NCBI GenBank assembly: GCA_963845245.1 | Contig: CAWJRJ010000016.1 | Span: forward strand, 64,001-128,000 | Source: Nitrospirota bacterium | GTDB lineage: Bacteria; Nitrospirota; JACRHJ01 | Direction of reading: 5' to 3' | Length of the DNA stretch: 64,000 nt | Part shown: positions 8,971 to 20,086 of the stretch, one piece after another | Position numbering within the stretch: position 1 is the stretch's first letter | How the letters are laid out: the number at the start of each line of letters is the position of its first letter | The notes under the pieces: generated by a model | Told to the model about the DNA's origin: nothing | What the model saw: the letters and a program-made list of their open reading frames with translations, nothing else | Databases searched by the model: none | Made by a program: the position numbers and the translations under genes

Positions 8971-10483
8971 TTACCTCTTTAACTCCCTCTTCAGAATCTT
9001 TCCTGTCGGCGTCATAGGTAGCGCGTCCAGAAACTCGACCTGCCTGGGTATCTTGTACGCGGCGAGCCGATCCTTGAGGAACACCTTCAACTCACGCTCG
9101 GTCAGCTTCATCCCTTCATTGACAGTGACAAACGCCTTCGGCATCTCGCCCCGGCCCTCGTCCGGTACGCCGACCACGGCGGCCTGCCTGACTGCCGGGT
9201 GGCGGTAGATAGCCTCCTCCACCTCACGCGGGTATATGTTCAGACCATGCGAGATTATCAGGTCCTTCTTCCGGTCAACGATGAATATGTAGCCGTCCTC
9301 GTCCTTGTAGCCAAGGTCGCCGGTGAACAGCCAGCCGTTGCGGATGGTCGCAAGGGTCGCTTCCTCGTTGTTCAGGTACCCCTGCATGACGTTCTCGCCG
9401 TGTACTATTATCTCGCCCACCTGACCGTGCGGAAGCTCAGCCTCGTCCGCATCCACGATCTTTACTTCCACGCCCGGAATGGGTACGCCGACGGAACCGG
9501 CCTTATGTGGGCCGTCCAGCGGGTTGCAACTTACCACCGGAGATGCCTCCGTCAAGGCCGTAGCCCTCAAGCAGCGGGACGGGATAGTTGCGAGCGAACC
9601 GCTCCAGCGCGTCCACGGATAGCGGCGCGGCCCCGCTTATGCAGACCCTGAGCGGGAGCAGCCAGAAGATGAACCGGGGGAACTTCTTCGTGGAGAGTAT
9701 GTTGTAGACCGGCGGTATGGCGACGAAAAAGGTGGCCCGTCCGAAGACGACGGCCTTTATGACCCTGCCGAACGGCTTCACGGATGTGAGAATAATAACC
9801 CGCGCCCCGAGCGAGAGGGGAAGGAGCAGGCAGACCAGGAAGGTGAAGGCATGGAACATAGGCAGGAACAGCACGAAGCGGTCCCTCCTTGTCACCTTGT
9901 AGGCCTTTGCGGCCTCCTCGGCGTTTGCCAGCAGGTTCCTGTGAGAAAGCACCGCGCCTTTTGGGCTGCCGGTGGTGCCGGAGGTGTAGAGTATCGCGGC
10001 GGGACCAGAGCCGTCGCATGTGCCGCCGCTAGATTCTGGTATGGCAATGGCTTCATGGGAAACCATACTGTCGTATGAAACCACGCCATCGTGAGCCTTC
10101 CCGGTGACGATTATATGTTTTAAGGAGGTGTTTTGTTTTATTGGCAGTATCTTGTCGAGGAGGTCTTCGGAACAAACGATAACCTCCGCGTTGCAGTCAT
10201 TCAGGATGAACTCTATCTCTGGCGGGGCAAGGAAGGTGTTCAGTGGCACCAATGCCGCTCCGGTTGCCGATGCGCCGAAGTATGCGACGGCGAACTCTGG
10301 GCAGTTGGGCATAAGCAGCGCGACCCTGCCGCCCTCAGTGGCTCCAAGCGACCTGAGCCCCGCCGCAAAACCGGATGTCAGACCGTAAAACTCTTTATAC
10401 GTGTACTTGCGGCCCTCGAAGACCAGCGCCACCCTCATGGGATGATTAGCGGCGACCTCCTTCAGCCGACCGGCCAGAGTCAA
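8971..10483 (-). CDS. Long-chain fatty acid-CoA ligase; frameshift near 9560
   Basis: YTSGTTGSPKG, EGYG-LTEASP split across frames, WLFTGDLG, IVDRKKD, TGKILK. Confidence 0.9.
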
Positions 10484-10728
10484 ATCTCCTCGCCCTCCGT
10501 TAACCTGATTGCGTCGAGCAGCTTTTGGGCCTTTTCGTAGTCGTGGGCCTTCACCATGACCGATATCTCACCGAGTCTGCCTATAGCGACGGGCAGTTGG
10601 GAGACTCGGTTCGACTCGGCACGGCACTCCATACCCTCCGACTCCAGAAGCCCCTGCGCGATCGTGGCCTCTGACTCATCGTCCGTCTTCAGGACCTCCA
10701 TCCAGTTCTCAAGTGGTTTCTTTTCCAT
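10480..10728 (-). CDS. DUF2007-like small protein
   Basis: EATIAQGLLESEG...GEISVMV...YEKAQKLL. Confidence 0.7.
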   Translation of the reverse strand: MEKKPLENWMEVLKTDDESEATIAQGLLESEGMECRAESNRVSQLPVAIGRLGEISVMVKAHDYEKAQKLLDAIRLTEGEEI

Positions 10729-10898
10729 AAAGCCCCCTGTCTGTAGGCCGGAATTGATGTAAAAGCTTGAAATTTCCTCCGACTGCCTTTATTATATCAT
10801 GTCATCGCCTACAGGTATCAGTATAATCTGGTATAATTATGTCTTTATATTAATTAAGAAGAATGCCGATAAAGTGTAACTAAAAGGAGGATTTAATC

Positions 10899-11981
10899 AT
10901 GGCAAAGAACACGGAGAAGCTGCTGGCGATGAGGCCGGCCCAGGTTACCAAGAAGCTCGGAGCGAATACGAAGGTCTGCCTTGTGTCGTCCGCGCCGATA
11001 TTCAGTGCGCTGAAGGACGAAAAGGTCATCATAATGGCCTGCAATACCAGCATAAAGCACGTCATCCCGGGCATCATGAGGGCGGCCAAGGAGCTGGACG
11101 CTATCGTCGCGTACGAGCTTGCCAAGTCGGAAGGCAACCTCAAGGGCGGCTACACCGGTATGGACCCCTTTATCTACTTCGACACAGTAGTAGGGTATGC
11201 CGATTCCATCGGGTTCGACCTGCCGTTCTTCATACATGGCGACCATGTCACGACAAAGTCCACCGAGCCGGATGTGATTGCGGACTCGCGTGCGCTGATA
11301 AAGGCCGAGCTTGAGGCGGGCTACACGTCCATCGCGATCGACGCGTCGTTCAACCACGTGCCGGAGAACATCATCGTATCGACTGACCTCGGCCGCGACG
11401 TGATTGCGGCAGGCGCGGGCCTTGAGGTCGAGGTGGGCGAGATAAAGTCCACCGGCTACGAGGGCGACATAACGACCGTCCCCGAGGCGTACGACTTCAT
11501 AAAGGGCCTGGCCGACAACGGCATACACCCCAACCTGCTCGCGATAAACAACGGCTCCAAGCACGGCAACTACAAGCCGGGCGAGGAGGTCCACATAGAC
11601 CTGAAGCGCACCGGCGAGATATACGACGCCATCAAAGGCTTCGGCGTGACGATCGCACAGCACGGCATAACCGGTACCCCGCTCGACCTGGTCGGCAACT
11701 TCGCTGACTACGGGATAAGGAAGGGCAACGTCGGCACCAACTGGCAGAACATCGCGCATGAGGGCCTGCCGCCGGAGCTGATGAAGGAGATGCGCGACTG
11801 GGCTGCCAAGGAGGGCAAGGACATAAAGTTTGCCACCAAGCAGTTCTACAACGAGATAAACAGCATACCGGAGAAGTACGTAAAGAAGATCGAGGAGGAC
11901 TCCTATAAGTCCGCCTGCGACTTCATAAAGGCATTCCGTGCGGTCGGCACGGCCTCGAAGTTCATAGAAAGCCTCGGTTAG
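10899..11981 (+). CDS. fba: Class II fructose/ketose-bisphosphate aldolase
   Basis: HGDH, IAIDAS, LEVEVGEI, NGSKHG, AQHGITG, KGNVGT. Confidence 0.88.
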   Translation: MAKNTEKLLAMRPAQVTKKLGANTKVCLVSSAPIFSALKDEKVIIMACNTSIKHVIPGIMRAAKELDAIVAYELAKSEGNLKGGYTGMDPFIYFDTVVGYADSIGFDLPFFIHGDHVTTKSTEPDVIADSRALIKAELEAGYTSIAIDASFNHVPENIIVSTDLGRDVIAAGAGLEVEVGEIKSTGYEGDITTVPEAYDFIKGLADNGIHPNLLAINNGSKHGNYKPGEEVHIDLKRTGEIYDAIKGFGVTIAQHGITGTPLDLVGNFADYGIRKGNVGTNWQNIAHEGLPPELMKEMRDWAAKEGKDIKFATKQFYNEINSIPEKYVKKIEEDSYKSACDFIKAFRAVGTASKFIESLG

Positions 11982-11994
11982 GATTTCATATCAG

Positions 11995-12023
11995 GGGGAT
12001 GGCAGCGATGCCGTCCCCTTTTT
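11995..12023 (+). terminator. Intrinsic terminator after fba
   Basis: GGGGATGGCA-GCGA-TGCCGTCCCC followed by TTTTT. Confidence 0.8.
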
Positions 12024-12051
12024 CATCTTACGGCCAAACGAGCGAGGTCTT

Positions 12052-13710
12052 ATGAAACGGCTCCTGTTCTTCCTGTCCGTCATCATCCTGATCCCATTAC
12101 AGGCAGTTGCGGCCCAGCCGGAGATAACCGCCGAATCTAAAATCACGGCTGTGACGGTCTACCCCGACCGGGCGATGGTAACGAGGAAGGCTACCGTAAA
12201 GCTTGAAAAGGGCGATTACAGGGTATTGTTCCCGGACCTTCCCGGCGAGGCGCTTGAGGACTCCATCCGCGTGAGCGGACAGGGCACCGCAAAGGCAAGG
12301 ATAGGCTCGGTAGACACGAAGAAGGCCTACCTTGAGTCTGTGGGCAAAGAAGACGTAAAGAAGCTCCAGGATGAGCTTCAGGGGCTTATGGATGAGGACA
12401 GGAGGCTTGCCGACGAGCTAAGCCTGGCCGCAAAACAGAAGGAGTTCTATCAGGCGATACAGTTCCACAATGCCGAGGTCTGGTCGAAGGAGATAACGCA
12501 GGGCAAGCCCACTGTGGACGACTGGGCAAAGGTCGTCACGTTCCTGCAGTCTGGCCAGCGCGACGCGGTCACACAGGCACAGGGCCTGGACATAAAGAGG
12601 CGCGATCTTAAGGACAAGATAGAAGCCCTGAAGAAGCGCCTTGCCGAGATGCAGTCGGCGGGCGGCAAGGTAAGGCTGGCCGCGACCGTAGAGGTCACGG
12701 CGCTTACGGAAGGAAACCTGGAGCTTGAGCTGAGGTATCTCGTGATGGGCGCGACATGGTCTCCCTATTACGAGGCTAGAGCGGATGTTGATTCCGGAGC
12801 CATAGAGCTTGACTACATGGGACAGGTGAGCCAGCGTACATCGGAGGACTGGAAGGACGCGGAGCTTGCACTCTCGACCGCCCGCCCTGCCGCAGGGGCA
12901 GCACCGCCCGAGCTTTTCCCGTGGTATGTAGGGATATTTGAGCCTGTGTTGCAAAGGTCGGTGGGCGGCATGATGATGAAGAAGGCCGCACCCGCGCCAA
13001 TGGCCAGGGCGAAGGACGAGGATATGGGCGGGATGAATGAGGCTGAGAACGCGCCCATGCCCGCCGAAGTGGTAACGGCGCAGGCCGAGACCGCAGGCAC
13101 GTCGGTTGTATTCAAGGCACCTGGCAGGGTCGACATACCAGCCGACGGGACGTCCAAGAAGGTCACTCTTTCGCAGGAGAAACTTAAGGCCGCGTTCAGT
13201 TATTTCACCGTGCCGAAGCTCTCGCCCTTTGCATACCTGAACGGCAAGATAGAGAACACGACATCATACCCGTTGCTTGCAGGGCAGGCCGGCGTGTTCA
13301 TGGGCGGGGACTACCTCGGCAAGTCGACCATGCCCCTTACCGCGCCAGGTGGGACGGCGGAGCTTTCCCTTGGCATAGACGAGGGGATAAAGGTGAAGCG
13401 AGAGCTGGTGAAGAGGCAGGAGGAGAACACCGGCATTATCTCCAAGACCCGCCGGATAAGCTTCGCATACAGGATAACGCTGGAGAACTTCAAGAAGACG
13501 AAGCAGAGTATTACCGTACAGGACCAGCTACCGGTATCCCAGCAAGCGGAGGTCGTCGTAAAGGAAGTGAAGATCGACCCCCAGACTACGGAACGGGGAG
13601 ACAACGGGCTGCTGAAATGGCAGCTGGATATGGCGACAGGCGAGAAGCGGGAGATATGGCTTGAGTTTTACATCGAGTTCCCGCGCGACAAAAACATCTC
13701 CGGTATATAA
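12052..13710 (+). CDS. Secreted DUF4140/DUF4139 (MuiA-like) protein
   Basis: Signal peptide; SKITAVTVYPDRAMVTR, SIRVSG, QRTSEDW...LSTARP, LGIDEGIKVKR, QDQLPVS. Confidence 0.85.
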   Translation: MKRLLFFLSVIILIPLQAVAAQPEITAESKITAVTVYPDRAMVTRKATVKLEKGDYRVLFPDLPGEALEDSIRVSGQGTAKARIGSVDTKKAYLESVGKEDVKKLQDELQGLMDEDRRLADELSLAAKQKEFYQAIQFHNAEVWSKEITQGKPTVDDWAKVVTFLQSGQRDAVTQAQGLDIKRRDLKDKIEALKKRLAEMQSAGGKVRLAATVEVTALTEGNLELELRYLVMGATWSPYYEARADVDSGAIELDYMGQVSQRTSEDWKDAELALSTARPAAGAAPPELFPWYVGIFEPVLQRSVGGMMMKKAAPAPMARAKDEDMGGMNEAENAPMPAEVVTAQAETAGTSVVFKAPGRVDIPADGTSKKVTLSQEKLKAAFSYFTVPKLSPFAYLNGKIENTTSYPLLAGQAGVFMGGDYLGKSTMPLTAPGGTAELSLGIDEGIKVKRELVKRQEENTGIISKTRRISFAYRITLENFKKTKQSITVQDQLPVSQQAEVVVKEVKIDPQTTERGDNGLLKWQLDMATGEKREIWLEFYIEFPRDKNISGI

Positions 13711-13732
13711 AATATAAATACGAGGACCACAG

Positions 13733-15026
13733 ATGATTGAGACCATTACCGACGCGTTGAAGCAGCGCACCGACATCACGGCCTGGCAGGTGAACCGGGT
13801 CTATACACGCAGCAGCCAGCTCTTCCTGATAAGGGAGGAAACAGAGTCCATAAGGCGCGTGGAGACCGTTAAGTATTACATTACCATCCACCAGGAGCGC
13901 GAGGAAGACGGCAAGAAGGTGCTCGGCGAGTCATCGTTTGTCTATATTGAAGGCGAGGACATGTCCCCGAAGCTGGACCTTGCGGTGCGGATGGCGCTTG
14001 GCGTGGCGAACCAGCCGTGGACGCTGCCCGGGCCTGACCAGCGCTACCTCGACTGCGAGATAAAGGACGCCTCGATAGAGACCAACCCGGAGAAGGTGAT
14101 AGACCATATAAAAGAAGAGATAATATCCTCGGTGGGCGCGCTCGAAGGGGTGAGGCTCTCGTCCGCAGAGGTCTTCGCGGACTACCAGGAATACGAGTTT
14201 GTCAACAGCCTTGGGTTGAAGGCGAACGCAACAGACACGAAGATACTGTTCGATTTTGTGCTGCTCACTGGCGAGGGCCACGACGAGGTGGAGTCGTCCG
14301 GTTACAAGACCGTCAGGTTCTATAAGGACCTGAAGGTGCGCGAGACCCTGAAGGAGTACGCGGCCTTTGCCGTGGACAGCCTTACGGCGAAGCATACCGA
14401 GACTGGCAAGTTCGATGTCGTGTTCGCGGAAGAGGCGCTCGACAACCTGTTCAACAGCTTCATATCGCACGCGGGCGGCTCGTCGGCATACCAGGGCTGG
14501 TCGCGGTTTACGAAGGGCAAGCCGGTAATCGAGGACCCGGAGGGCGAGCTTGATTACGCTTTACAGCAGCCCGCAGTTACCGGGCGGGCTCAAAAGCGGC
14601 CCGTTCGACGAGAACGGCCTTGCAAGGAAGCGCGTCGAGGTGATAAAGGAAAACATTTTCAAGAAGCGCACCCTCGACAAGCGGTACTCGGACTACCTTG
14701 GCGAGGAGCCGACCGGCTCTTTCACAAATATTGAGATAGAGACGGGCGCAAAATCCACCGAGTCGCTGCTTACGGAAGGCTGCTATTACCTCTTGCGGTT
14801 CTCCACGTTCGAGCCGAACCCAGTCACCGGCAACTTCTCCGGCGAGATACGCACAGGCTATAAGATAGAGAACGGGAAGAAGGTGCCTATCAAAGGCGGG
14901 AGCGTGCAGGGCGTCATTCAGGAGGCCTTCAGGCGCGCATGGTTCTCAGCAGATAAGACGACCCGCCCGGCATACCGCGGGCCTGCTGCGGTGAAGCTTA
15001 TGGGGCTGGAGCTGGCCGGGGAGTAA
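13733..15026 (+). CDS. TldE/PmbA-like protein; frameshift near 14550
   Basis: GKFDVVF, PFDENGL, PNPVTGNFSGEIR.GY...PIKGGSV; no HExxxH. Confidence 0.75.
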
Positions 15027-16654
15027 GCCTGTAGGGCAAGAAAAGCAGGAGCAGAGTCAAAATGCTTATTATCTTCCCGGCTTTCCTGGGCAGGGTGTCA
15101 CCGAATTCTAATGTGATGCTATGCTTTCCGGGTGGCACGTCAATTAACATCGCGCCAGTACCGGCTTCGGGATATAGCCTGTATTCGCGGCCATCAACAT
15201 AACCGCGCCACCCGGGAAAGAAAAATGACTTTATCCGGAGTCTTCCGCCGCTTGTGCTGTCGATATCGATCTTCCTGCTTATATTGCCCCACTCTTTTAT
15301 TTCTGCGTTAATGCCGTCGCCGGTTAGTATCCGGTCGTCTGCGCTCGTGGAGCCAGCCGTCGAGTCTATCGGCAGGTATTCCGCCATATCCATGTCTTTG
15401 TTGACCTCCGCCTCTTGAGGGACAGATGCCGGCGCAATTGCGACGAGAATCAGGTCATAACCACCCAAAGCGAGCAAAAGTAATGCCGCCGATAATATCA
15501 TTATCACGTTGGGCCTGGCTTGGATAAGCCTGTCGGCCGCTACTCCGAAAACGGCCGGGACGAAGATCATGAATATGGTAATAAAACGGAACGGGAACGC
15601 CACCGAGGAAAGACCGGGTAGTACCTTCCATAAAGGCAATGACAGGGAAGATATCATGAAAAGGCAGACGCACACAGTGAGTAACATGAATGTGATTTTG
15701 CGTGAAAAGACAAACAAGCCCTTGCGGACTGCGAGGTAAACTGCTGCTCCGGTGAATACCGTTTCGGCAATTATCGAATTCATCAGGATCTGCGGAAGGC
15801 GTCCCGTTACGGATGGGCCAGCCGTGCCGGTAAAGTCGAATACGAAGCTGGGCCGTGTAAGATAGATGTTAAGCCTGTCCAGATGTACATATCCGCGCTC
15901 AAGAAGTACCGGGAGAAAGAAGAAGGCGGCAGCAGCCATGCCCGCAAGAATACCTGATGCAAGCCTGGGAAGAACCTCCTTTGGCGGTCTTCCCGTATAA
16001 AGAAAAGCAAAGGCAATAAGAAAAGGGGTGAAGATATATGCGGTGGCAAGGTGCGAGAGTATGAGGGCCGAATAAGAGAGGGCCATCCATGCGAGGTTTC
16101 GTCGTTTAAAAGGCCCGTCAATAAGACGCCATGTAAAAAGCAGCGTTAAGGGCATCAGCGCTTCGGCAAATCGCCCGGCATAGGTATTGATATAGTAAAG
16201 AAAAAGGAACCTGGTCGGGGTGAGGCAATAGGCGGCCGCCCCTATGAGCGCGGCCCTCTGTCCAAATGGCCTGTCCAGGAGGTAATATAGGGATACGCCG
16301 CCCACAAAGAGCGATAAGAGCTGGAAGAAAGATAGTGGAAAAATCCGGGCCAACCCCGGCCAAGCCCGCAATCCCGGCCAGATAATACAACGAAGGGGAA
16401 TAATAGACAAAGACCGGGGAGCCATATCCGCCGAAGCATTCAGCCATCCAGCGCGGGTATAGTATCCCCTGCCTGAACGATTCGGTGAACTGCAGTATGT
16501 ACTTATGCGTGTAGGCTACGTCGTTCTTCCAGATGCAGTAGTAGCCAGGATGAAGAAGCTGCCAGCCTATGGCGGCAAGGGCGCAGGCAAGGATCAGCGC
16601 ATATGGGCGCAAGATATGGGTTTTGTCTGGAACAGGCAAAGGCTTCTCACTCAT
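14998..16654 (-). CDS. PTPS-related/YfhO-like polytopic membrane protein (GT-C fold), paralog 1; frameshift near 16350
   Basis: YPRWM..GYGSP.F.YYSP, LILSHLAT, FFFLPVLLER, FFFPGW.GYVDG, DVPPGKH. Confidence 0.8.
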
Positions 16655-16712
16655 AAGTTATATTTTCATAATAATATTGTACAGACATTGAATTGTACAC
16701 TGAAAAAATAGT

Positions 16713-18377
16713 CTATCTGGAAAAAATCCGTTTATACGGGAACACCATGGCGGCTAGTGTAAATATGCTGAGCGCCGCCCCGACGTTCCGTGCAGGGGTA
16801 TTGGTAAATTTAAGGCTGACGATATGCCTGCCCGCCGGGACATCTATCAGGATTGCCCCCGTCTTAGCCTCGGAGCACATATTAACCTCATTGCCGTCTA
16901 CCCACACCCTCCATCCGGGGAAGTTGAATGTCTTTACCCTGACCCTCGCGCTATTTGGCGTGTCGATGTTGAAGTATCTGTCTACGTATCCCCACTTGGT
17001 GACATCTGCCTTGAAGCGTCCTTGAGACGAAATCAATGGACAGGATTCAAGCGCATTAATGCCATCGAGATCTACCCCTTTCGGGAGATATTCCAACTGG
17101 AAGTCAGGGTCGTGTATAAACCTCATAACATAACTGTCCGTGAGCCCGGGTGAAAAACGTATCATGCCGAAAGCGGACAGCGGGGCCACCGTCAGAAGGG
17201 CGATGTGCAGGGCAGTGATCAGCCGTGGCCGTGTGACCTGTCCTATCATAGAGTCCGCGGCAATACCCAGCAGGGCGGACATGAATACTAGGTAGACGGC
17301 CAGGAAGCGGGAAGGGAAAACTATAACCTTTAACACCGTAATGTTCTCCCATAAGTACCCTGACAGGAACGACATCATGAACAGGCAGAATAAAACGGAT
17401 GCCAGGAAGAAGTATGTCTCGCGGTCAGGACGTGAGCGCTGGCGAAACCGTACGATTAGAACGATTGCAAGGAGCAGCCCGGCTTCCAACAGGAGGCTGG
17501 CGTAGAGGCCCCCGTAGATCGTGTCGAAATATTTACCTCTGACATGTGCCGGGCCGGTAAAAACGAGATGCTTCCAGTACTGGTATTCTTCGCGGGTGGA
17601 AAGATAGCTTATATGTACGTAGGCGCGTTCGAAAAGGACCGGCAAAAAAAAGAACGACGACAACAGCAGACCAGCGCCGAGTCCCAGCCCGGCCTTTAAC
17701 ATGACCCCGGCCCTCTGCCCACGTTTGCCCGTGACGAGCATGTAGGCGAGCAGGAAAGGCGTAAACAGGAATGCGGTGGCCAGATGCGATATTACAAGCC
17801 CGGAATACGAAAATGCAAGCCCTGCGAGATTTGCGCGGTTGAACGGTTTTAATTTCAAGTTCCGTGCGAAGAAGAGCGCCATAGGTAGGAACGCCTCTCC
17901 GAACCGTCCGGCAGGTGTGTTAATGAAGTAGAGGTCGTATGCCCTCGCCGGCAGGGTCACGTAGAATATTGCCGCGATAAGTGCCGCCCTGTAACCGTAT
18001 CCATCCTTCAGGAACTGATAGAGGAATATGCCTCCGATGCATAGCCCGGCCAGGTTGATTGCCGCAATTATAAGCGGGAGGCCGATGTTTGAAAAGCTCG
18101 CGATGGATGCGATGAAGTAAAGGAGTGGGGAATACAGTACAAAAACAGGCGAACCGTAGCCCCAGACGTCCTCGGCCATCCACCTCGGATAATATATGCC
18201 CTGCCTGAACGATTCCCTGAACTCCAGGACGTACTTCGGCAGCATGGCCGCATCCTGGTAGTACACGTGGTAGTAACCCGGATGGATGAACTGCCATGCG
18301 AGCGTAAGGGATGCGCAGGTAAATATTATTGCATAAGGTAGCCAGTTTCGGTGTGCGGTCGAAGTATGCAATGTCAC
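16713..18377 (-). CDS. PTPS-related/YfhO-like membrane protein, paralog 2
   Basis: Same motifs as paralog 1 (YPRWM, GYGSP, SHLAT, EYLP, FPGW). Confidence 0.82.
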   Translation of the reverse strand: MTLHTSTAHRNWLPYAIIFTCASLTLAWQFIHPGYYHVYYQDAAMLPKYVLEFRESFRQGIYYPRWMAEDVWGYGSPVFVLYSPLLYFIASIASFSNIGLPLIIAAINLAGLCIGGIFLYQFLKDGYGYRAALIAAIFYVTLPARAYDLYFINTPAGRFGEAFLPMALFFARNLKLKPFNRANLAGLAFSYSGLVISHLATAFLFTPFLLAYMLVTGKRGQRAGVMLKAGLGLGAGLLLSSFFFLPVLFERAYVHISYLSTREEYQYWKHLVFTGPAHVRGKYFDTIYGGLYASLLLEAGLLLAIVLIVRFRQRSRPDRETYFFLASVLFCLFMMSFLSGYLWENITVLKVIVFPSRFLAVYLVFMSALLGIAADSMIGQVTRPRLITALHIALLTVAPLSAFGMIRFSPGLTDSYVMRFIHDPDFQLEYLPKGVDLDGINALESCPLISSQGRFKADVTKWGYVDRYFNIDTPNSARVRVKTFNFPGWRVWVDGNEVNMCSEAKTGAILIDVPAGRHIVSLKFTNTPARNVGAALSIFTLAAMVFPYKRIFSR

Positions 18378-18391
18378 TCTCGGTTTGACGT

Positions 18392-20062
18392 TTAATGTGC
18401 GTTACCAGTCCGTCGCCTGCGGACGGCACTGTACGGGAACACAAGCGCCGCAAGCGTCACAAGGCTTATGGCCTTTCCCCACATCCTCGGAGGCGTATCC
18501 ATAAACCTAAGCCGGACATAATGCCTGCCAGCCGGGACCTCCATCATTATGGCGCCTGTGCAAGCATCGGAGAATAAACGGCATTCCTGCCCATCTATGA
18601 ATCCACGCCAACCTGGGAACAGGATAGCCTTCAGCCTCAGCGCCGAGCCATCCTTGCCATCGAAAAGAAGCTCTCTGTCGATATAGCCCCAGTTCTTTAT
18701 CTCGGCTGAACCTCTCGTGGCGGTTAACCGGGGGTCATCAAACTTAAGCCTGCCTACAGACTCGGGCGAAGCCGTTGTGGGCAGATATTCCAGCATGTCC
18801 CAGCTTGCACCGATGTGCCCCGCATCTGTCTCGGTTATTGGCTGAAAGGCTTTGATCACCAGCCTGACGTCATAGGTAACCAGAACGAGTACGATGACTG
18901 CGGCTGAGACCGCCATAAGCAAAGGAATCCTTCTTTGAAGCAGCCTGTCGATGGCAGCACCCAACAGGACAGAGACGAAGACTATATATATTGGGACGAA
19001 ACGGGACGAAAAAGCGACAGTGGGAAGGCCCGGCAGGTTCTTCCACAAAGGGGCCGAGAGCGAGGACATCATGAAAAGACAGACAAAAATGGAAGACGAC
19101 AGGAATATAACATCCCGTCCAAAGGCAAGCCCTGTCATGCGCCATGAAAGATAGACGATAGCCAGGGCTATGCCGGTCTCTGCAAGCAGCGAGACCATGA
19201 GGAGGTTTCTAAGCTGCGCTGTAGATTCAAAAGTGTGATTGCCCGTGAGGTTCAGCACGAAGTTGGCGAGGTATGAATATGCGGGGGTGCTTGCCAGCAG
19301 CCCCAGGTGGACATGAGCACGCTCCAGCAGGACCGGCAAGAAGAAGAATGAGGCCAGTCCCATCCCGGCGAGAAGCCCAAAGGCAATCCGAGGCAATACT
19401 TTCTTGGGAGGTGTGCCTGTATATAAAAAAGCAAAGGCGATAAGGAAAGGGGTGAAGATATAGGCGGTCGCAAGGTGGGAGAGTATGAGCGCCGCATAGG
19501 AGAATGCAGTCCCGGCCAGGTATTTCCGGCTGAATGGTCCATCGACCAGCCTTGAGGTAAAGAGGAGCGTCAGCGGCAAGAACGCCTCGGCAAAACGGCC
19601 CGCATAGGTGTTCAGGTAATATAGATTGATTATCCTGCCCGGGATGAGGCAATAGATGATTGCCGCAATGACTGCGGCCCTTTGCCCGAACCGCATCTTT
19701 ACCAGATAAAAAACGGATAACCCGCCGATACATAATGATATCAATTGAAGTATGAAGATGGAAAGAGACGGGCCTATGCCGCATAGACCTAGGATTCCTG
19801 CAAACCAATATACCGCGGGCGAGTAATATACGAATACCGGGGAGCCGTAACCGCCGAAGGATTCGGCCATCCAGCGCGGGTATAATATGCCTTGCCTGAA
19901 AGAGTCGGTAAATTGAAGGATATATTTATGCGTGTATGCCACATCTTCCACCAGTTTGCAGTAATAACCGGGAGAGAAAAGCTGCCACACCACCGCTATA
20001 AAAGCGCATGCGATTATTGCTGCCAGGGGAGGCCAGTTACGGTGCGTGGTTGAAGTATACAC
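18392..20062 (-). CDS. PTPS-related/YfhO-like membrane protein, paralog 3
   Basis: Same motifs as paralog 1. Confidence 0.82.
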   Translation of the reverse strand: MYTSTTHRNWPPLAAIIACAFIAVVWQLFSPGYYCKLVEDVAYTHKYILQFTDSFRQGILYPRWMAESFGGYGSPVFVYYSPAVYWFAGILGLCGIGPSLSIFILQLISLCIGGLSVFYLVKMRFGQRAAVIAAIIYCLIPGRIINLYYLNTYAGRFAEAFLPLTLLFTSRLVDGPFSRKYLAGTAFSYAALILSHLATAYIFTPFLIAFAFLYTGTPPKKVLPRIAFGLLAGMGLASFFFLPVLLERAHVHLGLLASTPAYSYLANFVLNLTGNHTFESTAQLRNLLMVSLLAETGIALAIVYLSWRMTGLAFGRDVIFLSSSIFVCLFMMSSLSAPLWKNLPGLPTVAFSSRFVPIYIVFVSVLLGAAIDRLLQRRIPLLMAVSAAVIVLVLVTYDVRLVIKAFQPITETDAGHIGASWDMLEYLPTTASPESVGRLKFDDPRLTATRGSAEIKNWGYIDRELLFDGKDGSALRLKAILFPGWRGFIDGQECRLFSDACTGAIMMEVPAGRHYVRLRFMDTPPRMWGKAISLVTLAALVFPYSAVRRRRTGNAH

Positions 20063-20086
20063 GGTCTCTCTAAGATGTAAGGTTGA

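Noticed and set aside
10893..11759. Long antisense ORFs (also opposite nrdJ, alaS, hemE, pilT)
   Set aside because: Expected shadows of GC-rich codon bias, with no recognisable motifs
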